Source of the DNA: Octopus sinensis
Taxonomy: Eukaryota
NCBI RefSeq assembly: GCF_006345805.1
Contig: NW_021833110.1
Coordinates: forward strand, 1 to 64,000
DNA: 64,000 nt
Reading direction: 5' to 3'
The number at the start of each line of letters is the position of its first letter. Position 1 is the first letter of the stretch. Positions 56,292 to 64,000 of the stretch are shown piece after piece. Position numbers and translations under genes: made by a program. Below the pieces are notes generated by a model, which saw nothing but the letters and a program-made list of their open reading frames with translations, did no database searches and was not told the origin of the DNA.

Positions 56292-56735
56292 GGCGCAGGA
56301 GTGGCTGTGTGGTAAGTTGGTTGCTAACCAACCACATGGTTCTGGGTTCAGTCCCACTGCGTGGCATCTTGGGCAAGTGTCTTCTGCTAGAGCCCCGGGC
56401 CGACCAATGTCTTGTGAGTGGATTTGGTAGACGGAAACTGAAAGAAGCACTTCGTATATATGTATATATATATATATATATTATATATATATGTGTGTGT
56501 ATGTGTGTGTGTGTCTGTCTGTTTTTGTCCCCCTAGCATTGCTTCTTGACAACCGATGCTGGTGTGTTTATGTCCCCGTAACTTAGCGGTTCGGCAAAAG
56601 AGACCGATAGAATAAGTACTGGGCTTACAAAAGAATAAGTCCCCGGGTCGAGTTGCTCGATTAAAGGCGGTGCTCCAGCATGGCCGCAGCCAAAAGACTG
56701 AAACAAGTAAAAGAGTAAATGAGTAAAGTAGAGTA
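56292..56735 (+). mobile_element. tRNA-derived SINE, family B, full length
   Basis: GGCGCAGGAGTGGCTGTGTGGTAAG head, GGTTCAGTCCC, CTTGGGCAAGT CORE-like block, and a GAGTAAA-repeat tail. Confidence 0.9.
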
Positions 56736-57178
56736 GATTGGAGTATGACAGATCTTTTGGTGGGTGTGTCTACTCGAACTGAAAACATTCGCTTTTGCCT
56801 TATGTCTAATGGCAACCAAAAAGTATTGAGTCTGGTGAATCACGTGATAAAACTGATCACACCGGAGGCGGATAAAAGTTATGAATGCTACTGCAACGGG
56901 ATTTCCATTGGAAGAAGGAAAATTGCCAAAAGGTAACTTAATAAGTTAATAATTTATTAATTTATCTTTTCATTCAGCGACTTTTGTTCGTAATATTTAC
57001 ATATAAAGAAAATTATTCGGAAATATAGGTAAGGCTTTCTTCCACAAAATAATGTCCATTATATATTAAGTTAATATAGTTGACAAAGAAACCTTTATTT
57101 TATACATATTTACAAATATATATGTATATATATATATATATATACGTATATATATATATGTGTGTGTGTGTATATATA

Positions 57179-57226
<48 letters not shown>

Positions 57227-57255
57227 GTATATATATACATATATATATACATATG

Positions 57256-57340
57256 GGCGTAGGAGTGGCTGTGTGGTAAGTAGACTGCTTACACAGGGTC
57301 CCGTGTTCAGTCCCACTGCGTGGCATCTTGGGTAAGATGT
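57256..57340 (+). mobile_element. SINE family B, head only
   Basis: GGCGTAGGAGTGGCTGTGTGGTAAG...GTTCAGTCCCACTGCGTGGCATCTTGGGTAAG. Confidence 0.75.
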
Positions 57341-58625
57341 TAGACTTCTCTTCTGGCCATATTGCTTCAGCTTTTCCTGTTGCTAGGCTAATGGTCCCCA
57401 AATTTAGAGACAGGCACTTCTTTCGGACTGATGTTTCTCAATATAAAATTTTATTTTCACGAACAGTGTCCACGCATTTTGTTTCTATCTCCTCAAGAAC
57501 CCAAAGTAACAGAAGCAAAAAACGACACCCAAACTTTGTGAAAAATTACTTTATTTACGGATGCGGAAAAAAAATGGGCTTGCAGGAGGTAAAAAATCGT
57601 AAAAAAAAACGAAAAGATAAAAGGGATATCTACTATAATTATTGCATTTGTTATTTATTAAATTTAAAAGTGATGAAACGATGGAGGGGGGATCCACGAA
57701 AAGTGGATAATTGAAGTGAGAGCAAGAGCAGAAAACACATGTTTTTGGACGAGACAATATAAATGTAACAGCAGAAAGCCAAGCTAAAATTTCTCAGCCA
57801 CCCGTTATCGTCTAGGCCGGTTTGAAGAGTTAGCTCAGAGCGTTGAAATGACAAATATCACGATAGATGGACCGGGAAATTGTGGGCAGCTGTCTATAAA
57901 GGGAGGGGAAAAAAGGATAATGAAAATACAAGCGAGATACAGAACCACGACCAACGCTCCAAATACTATTGTATAAAACATTAAAAGAAGAAGAGAAGAA
58001 ACGAAGCAAAGAACGGAAGTATGAATGTATGAACTCCTAATGCGATTCGAGTATAAAGAAATTAAAGAATTGAGGATCTAAGACAAATAGTTTGAAGATT
58101 AGAACATGAAACCGAAGAATATAGAGAAAGAATAATAGATCTTTCAAGTCAAAGAAGCGCAGTGAGAACAAAGAGATTCAAAGCGAATAAATGAAAGAAT
58201 CTCCAAGAGAATAGTGAATGAAACAGACGATAATAGATATTAGAAGATAGCAGTAATGCTGCAAGCATAAAGCATGTACGGCTTGATACGACATAATGCA
58301 TGAATATAATTAAATTTTCTGAAACAAATACGGAAAATGATTTCTACGGTGAATTTTTAATTATATACATAAATAGATATGCATATATATATATAATATA
58401 TATACATAATAGTTATGCACATATATATATATATATATATATATATGTGTTTGTGTGTTTGAGAGAGAGAGATTGCGTGTATAGATATATATCGTGAAAA
58501 TTTACAAAAATATAAAAGACGAAGACGGGTATGTAAACAACAGATGTAATAGTGTAACGCTGTGTGCGTATATATATATATGTGTGTATATATACATACA
58601 TAACTTGCACGCACACACACACACG

Positions 58626-58661
<36 letters not shown>

Positions 58662-58664
<3 letters not shown>

Positions 58665-59074
58665 ATGGCAGACTAGTAAGTATACAAGACGCCTACATGA
58701 TAGGAGACGCTAATGTCTAAAAGCTACCTAACATATCATCATAAAATAAAACACGCACCGTACTCGTGCAAATAAACGAAACGAATTCATGACACGGTTC
58801 AGTTACATATCAATTGATTTCAAGAATAAGGAGAAATCCCTTTTTCTATCATCAGTGTAATATAACCAGCTCAATGCACATAAGCACGAACAAAACACAC
58901 ACGTAATCTATATATGTGTGTGTATATGGTCGTGATGCATGTGCCTGGTGTACCCGTATCGGATGGGTAGCCATGATGGGTACACAAGACCTCGTATACT
59001 TTACGACAGTGTCACTTTGAAGGCATACCCGGCTCTCTCACTCACTAATAATACATCGATCACAGTATATATAT

Positions 59075-59111
<37 letters not shown>

Positions 59112-59513
59112 CAATGGCAGACTAGTAAGTATACAAGACGCCTACATGATAGGAGACGCTAATGTCTAAAAGCTACCTAACATATCATCATAAAATAAAA
59201 CACGCACCGTACTCGTGCAAATAAACGAAACGAATTCATGACACGGTTCAGTTACATATCAATTGATTTCAAGAATAAGGAGAAATCCCTTTTTCTATCA
59301 TCAGTGTAATATAACCAGCTCAATGCACATAAGCACGAACAAAACACACACGTAATCTATATATGTGTGTGTATATGGTCGTGATGCATGTGCCTGGTGT
59401 ACCCGTATCGGATGGGTAGCCATGATGGGTACACAAGACCTCGTATACTTTACGACAGTGTCACTTTGAAGGCATACCCGGCTCTCTCACTCACTAATAA
59501 TACATCGATCACA

Positions 59514-59514
<1 letters not shown>
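58662..59514 (+). repeat. Tandem duplication with 449-bp period
   Basis: 58662-59065 appears identical to 59111-59514, and each copy is bounded by (TA)n. Confidence 0.95.
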
Positions 59515-59574
<60 letters not shown>

Positions 59575-60378
59575 ATGGTCTACCCTCAGTTTCCTTATAC
59601 CAACTCAACTCACATGGATCTGGTCATAGTAGTAGACACTTGTCCAAAGTCTCATGCAGTGGGCCTGAATCCGGATCGATGTTGTTGAGAGGCAAATTCC
59701 TTGTCCGTTTTTACGTTCTGAATCCAGTTTTCTTCGAGGTCGACGTTACATTTCAGCCTATCGCGATTGATAAAATAAGTGTCCATCGGCCAATTGTTCC
59801 AATGTAATCGACCAATACTTCCCCCCAAAATTACCTGCTGTATGACAATTTAAAACAGTTATTATAATTGTTATGATGTCATGTAAAAACAACCACAAGC
59901 CATGACTGACACGAATTTTTATCTACAGCATTTAAAATAAACAGTTCAAACGAGATATACTAGATAAAGACGTGGAATTATTACGATCAAAATGTATGAG
60001 ACGTAATAGAAACTAGGTGGACTTAACAAATGGGTAAGAATTTTACTATACAAAGTACCCCGATCAAAATATTTTTTTCCTCCTGAAATGCAGGTGTATG
60101 GAAATTTTACAGCAGGTATGACGAAGTTCGCAATAATGAGATGCACTCTATTCAGTGCAATTCTACAGCTAATGTTGAAAATTGCTAAACAACTAATTTT
60201 TAACGTTATCAGACATATGGTTTTATCAGTCGTGTTAATTGGTTATCTCGGTATCGAAACTAAGTTGGTAGAATTGGTCACAAAATGAAATAGTTTTTAA
60301 ATCATCAGAGAAGTGCCCTTTGTAGTTTGATCATCGATCCATTTATCACTTTATTTTCTAACCACGTATATACGTATA

Positions 60379-60410
<32 letters not shown>

Positions 60411-60434
60411 GATATATATATATATATATAGTAT

Positions 60435-60485
<51 letters not shown>

Positions 60486-60748
60486 TACATATATACATAC
60501 ATATACATATACATTTACATATTCTTAATCTATATACCTACCGACATACCTGACCTCCTACTCGTCTGTGTATCTATATGTCTATCTATTAATCTATCTA
60601 ACTATATATCTATCTATATATATGCATATGCACACACACACACACACATATATAATATATACATTCATACACACATATATGTTTATATATATATATTCAA
60701 CATCTAATTTTCTTTTATATATACATATATATATCTTTGTGGTGTATG

Positions 60749-60802
<54 letters not shown>

Positions 60803-61355
60803 TATATGTGTGTGTGTATGTGTGCGTGTTATTATATATACACTCATATATATATATATATATATATATATCCACTCACACATATATATATACGAGATCG
60901 TTACGCACAGTGCTGCAGAGAAATTTGAAAAAAGTATTGTGAAAGAAATGTCTTTGATCATTTAAGCAGAATGTTATCTTAACCTTTTCGGTACATTTTT
61001 TTTCCACTTTAATTCGATTGCCAGAATGGTGACACTTGGAACAAGTAATTAATGGTTCATTACTGGTTCCTTAAAATGGCTTCGAGAATTGTCCATGTGC
61101 AATGACTTATAGATAGTTTTTCATACAGCCAATGAATACGCACAGCAACGGGTTACGCACTCGCGCAACCCTCCACCCACTTACTCAAGAGTTTGCACAC
61201 ATTGACACGCTAAGTCCCACGCGCACAATATCTTAGTAATATACATACATCCACATATATAATATAGATATATATATATATATCTATATATACATATAAT
61301 ATTATATTTATATATGTATATATATATATATATATTAAAATATATATATATACAG

Positions 61356-61386
<31 letters not shown>

Positions 61387-61521
61387 CAAGCATATATTCA
61401 TACATGCAAGCACACATTCATATATATATATATTAATCTATATCTATATATACATACATACATACATATGTTATACTTATATATATGCGTATATACTTAT
61501 ATATACATATATATATATAAG

Positions 61522-61572
<51 letters not shown>

Positions 61573-61953
61573 ATGCATATGTCGTATGTGTGAATCTGTA
61601 TGTAAATACGTAGAGAGAAGAGAGAGAGCGAAAGAGAGAGAGAGGGAGAAAGAGAGAGAGAATGAGGTGCAACAAGGAAAAGTGAGAGAGAAGCTGATGA
61701 AAATATACAATGATATTAACTTTTTTCTTGGTCGTAAGAAGCTTTTCGCTTTCTAGAAACGTACTCAGTACTTCAGTCTGCGCCTATTGTTTGGTTGTCC
61801 ATAAATCAAGAAAGTGATATCACGCAGCGAAAGAGGAAGTGAGTGGATTTACTTTACAATAATCGAGCAATATATATCTAGTTATCGCTTCCAAAACCTC
61901 CAACCGTTTCCGCGTCGATTGCTCTTGGCAACATTAGCGAGACTTCGAAATTA

Positions 61954-62067
61954 GCGAGCTGACAAAATCGTTAACACGCCGTACAAAATGCTTAGCGTCA
62001 TTTCGTCCGTCTTTAAGTTCTGATTTCAAATTCCACCACATTCGAAATTGCCTTCATCCTTTCGGAG
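61954..62067 (+). mobile_element. SINE family A, 5' part
   Basis: GCGAGCTGACAAAATCGTTAACACGCC...AAATGCTTAGCG...TTCAAATTCC. Confidence 0.7.
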
Positions 62068-62825
62068 CAATGAAATCTACTTATGCCCTTGCCTGAGATT
62101 GCAGGACTTCTGCAAAAACTCTGGCACAAATATTCGGAAGTGATCAGAAATGTTGGCCAGTGTATTACGGGTATTTTAGAATAGAGGGACCACCACACTC
62201 GCCACAAACGCAATCAGGATAGCTTCATTCCATGAACGGGAACATTGAGTATAAACAACAGACGAAGAAACATTGCTTCACACCATCCCGATGAACTCCC
62301 TCAGCATCCAAAAACAAAAGAATCACATAAAATATTTACGTATTTAACCCAAAATATAATATAATATAAAACACATTCACCGTCCAAGAAGGTGTTTTTT
62401 TCCCCACAAGCCTATACCCAAGGAGAAATGTTCTATGATTTATAATTTTCGTTAAGAGACATTTTGTGAACTCCTGAGATCCTTCACGAGATATTTTGTG
62501 GTTTCACCCGAAATGTAGACGAACAACATTCTTTCATGTAATTGGCTGAAAAGCTGTAAACATAAAAATATGTTTCGTCCGACCTGAAACCAATATTAGC
62601 CTTAATGTACATGTATATATATATATATGAATATATTATTATATAATATGTATATATATATATAATATATATATATAATATATCGATATATATATATCTT
62701 ATATAATTGTATATGTGTGTGTATGTGTATGTATGTACGTATTTATGTATATATGTATACATCTACATGTACGATACAAGTACATCAAAATATCAATCTC
62801 TGTCTCTCCATATATATAAAGATAT

Positions 62826-63461
62826 ATTCTTTTTATCCTTTTACTTGTTTCAGTCATGTGACTGCGGCCATGCTGGAGCACCGCCTTTAGTCGAAGAAAT
62901 CGAACCCAGGACTTATTCTTTGTAAGCCTAGTACTTATTCTATCCGTCAGCTTCGCTGAAACCACTAATTTACGTGGACGGAAACAAACCAATATCAGTT
63001 GTCAAGGGATGTCAGACACATATATGCACCCCCCACACACACACATGAACGCACACACACACACAGATACTCACGCACGCACACATGTTTATATAGACGA
63101 CGGGTTTCTTTCCATTTCCGTTACCAAATTCCCTCACAAGGCATTGGTCAGACCGAGGCTATAGTACAGTGTTTCCCAACCAGGCGTGCTCGCACCCCTT
63201 GCGGGTGCGAGAAAGCATGCCAGGCTTTCGAGTAGGGCTGGACTTACAGGGTGTCTAAGGAGGCAATTTCACCGTGTACATTTATTCTTATATAAATCAT
63301 TAGTTTAAGGCGAGCGAGAACATATTTTAGGTTTGCGGGGCATAACAAAGGTTAAGAACCACTGCTATAGTAGAAGAAAATGATCAAGGTGCAACGCAGT
63401 GGGACCGAACCCGGATCCATGTGGTTGGAAAGCAAACTTCTTACCGCACAGCCACTCCTGC
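62826..63461 (-). mobile_element. SINE family B interrupted by a hAT MITE
   Basis: Reverse complement of 56292-56735 from tail (TTTTACTTGTTTCAGTC) to head (CACAGCCACTCCTGC). Confidence 0.85.
63167..63364. mobile_element. hAT (Charlie-type) MITE
   Basis: Imperfect TIRs CAGTGTTTCCCAACC / GGTTAAGAACCACTG and an 8-bp TSD CTATAGTA at 63159-63166 and 63365-63372. Confidence 0.9.
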
Positions 63462-64000
63462 ATACATTCATATATATATATATGCACTTACGCACGCATA
63501 TACATATACTTACATATATTTGTATATGAGTCTATGCACCTATATATATCTGCGTATTGTGAGCATGGGAATGTGTTCGTCCTTCGCTATACATGTTTAC
63601 GCGTAATCAGACCCACGTGGAGGTGATGTGAGGAAATTGCATCAGCGTTATACTGAAAAAATAAAGATGTTTTGTCTTGAAGCTTGTGTGTACGTGTACA
63701 AGTATGAGTGTTTATTGGAATATACACGATCGTGTATGTTGTTACGTATATGTGTAGTTGCGAGTACATGTCAAGATACAAGTTGATGTTGATAATTTAC
63801 ATTTGTTTCTACCATTATGTGTTTGCCTGGTGGCAAGTTCTCTGCTTATTCTCTGTATTGAGAAATACATATATTATCTTATATATATATATATATATCT
63901 ATATATAATATATATATATAGATATATATATATATATATATAAGTATGTATGTATGTATGTATATGTGTGTGTGTATTCAACCGCACACCCACACATAGA

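Noticed and set aside
57340-58290. Purine-biased segments resembling decayed LINE C-terminal coding sequence
   Set aside because: Only faint motif similarity (KLKFLSH, LATGKAE), too weak to call.
60070-60120. 22-nt micro-exon candidate (CAG|...CAG|GTATGA)
   Set aside because: Such motifs arise readily by chance and there is no supporting gene context.

Overview
This is AT-rich, very microsatellite-rich eukaryotic DNA: (TA)n, (CA)n, (TATC)n, (TAT)n and (CTA)n tracts are packed with short interspersed repeats. The repeat families resemble, from recall rather than a database search, those of an octopod cephalopod (Octopus-like), and the window looks intronic or intergenic. I recognise no intact host protein-coding gene; most ORFs in the supplied track are microsatellite or SINE translations. 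Recognisable content: at least four tRNA-derived SINE families, decayed Tc1/mariner and RTE-type LINE coding remnants, and piggyBac-, hAT- and mariner-type MITEs. There are also several minimal hammerhead-ribozyme (HHR) motifs of the kind found in Penelope-like elements. The most notable item is at 2011-2326 (minus strand): a tRNA-derived Pol III head joined through (AAT)n to a tail carrying a well-formed minimal HHR. This is a candidate ribozyme-bearing SINE that may parasitise Penelope-like elements. The window also contains many long inverted repeats that could form dsRNA. Repeat boundaries are approximate unless a target-site duplication (TSD) fixes them.
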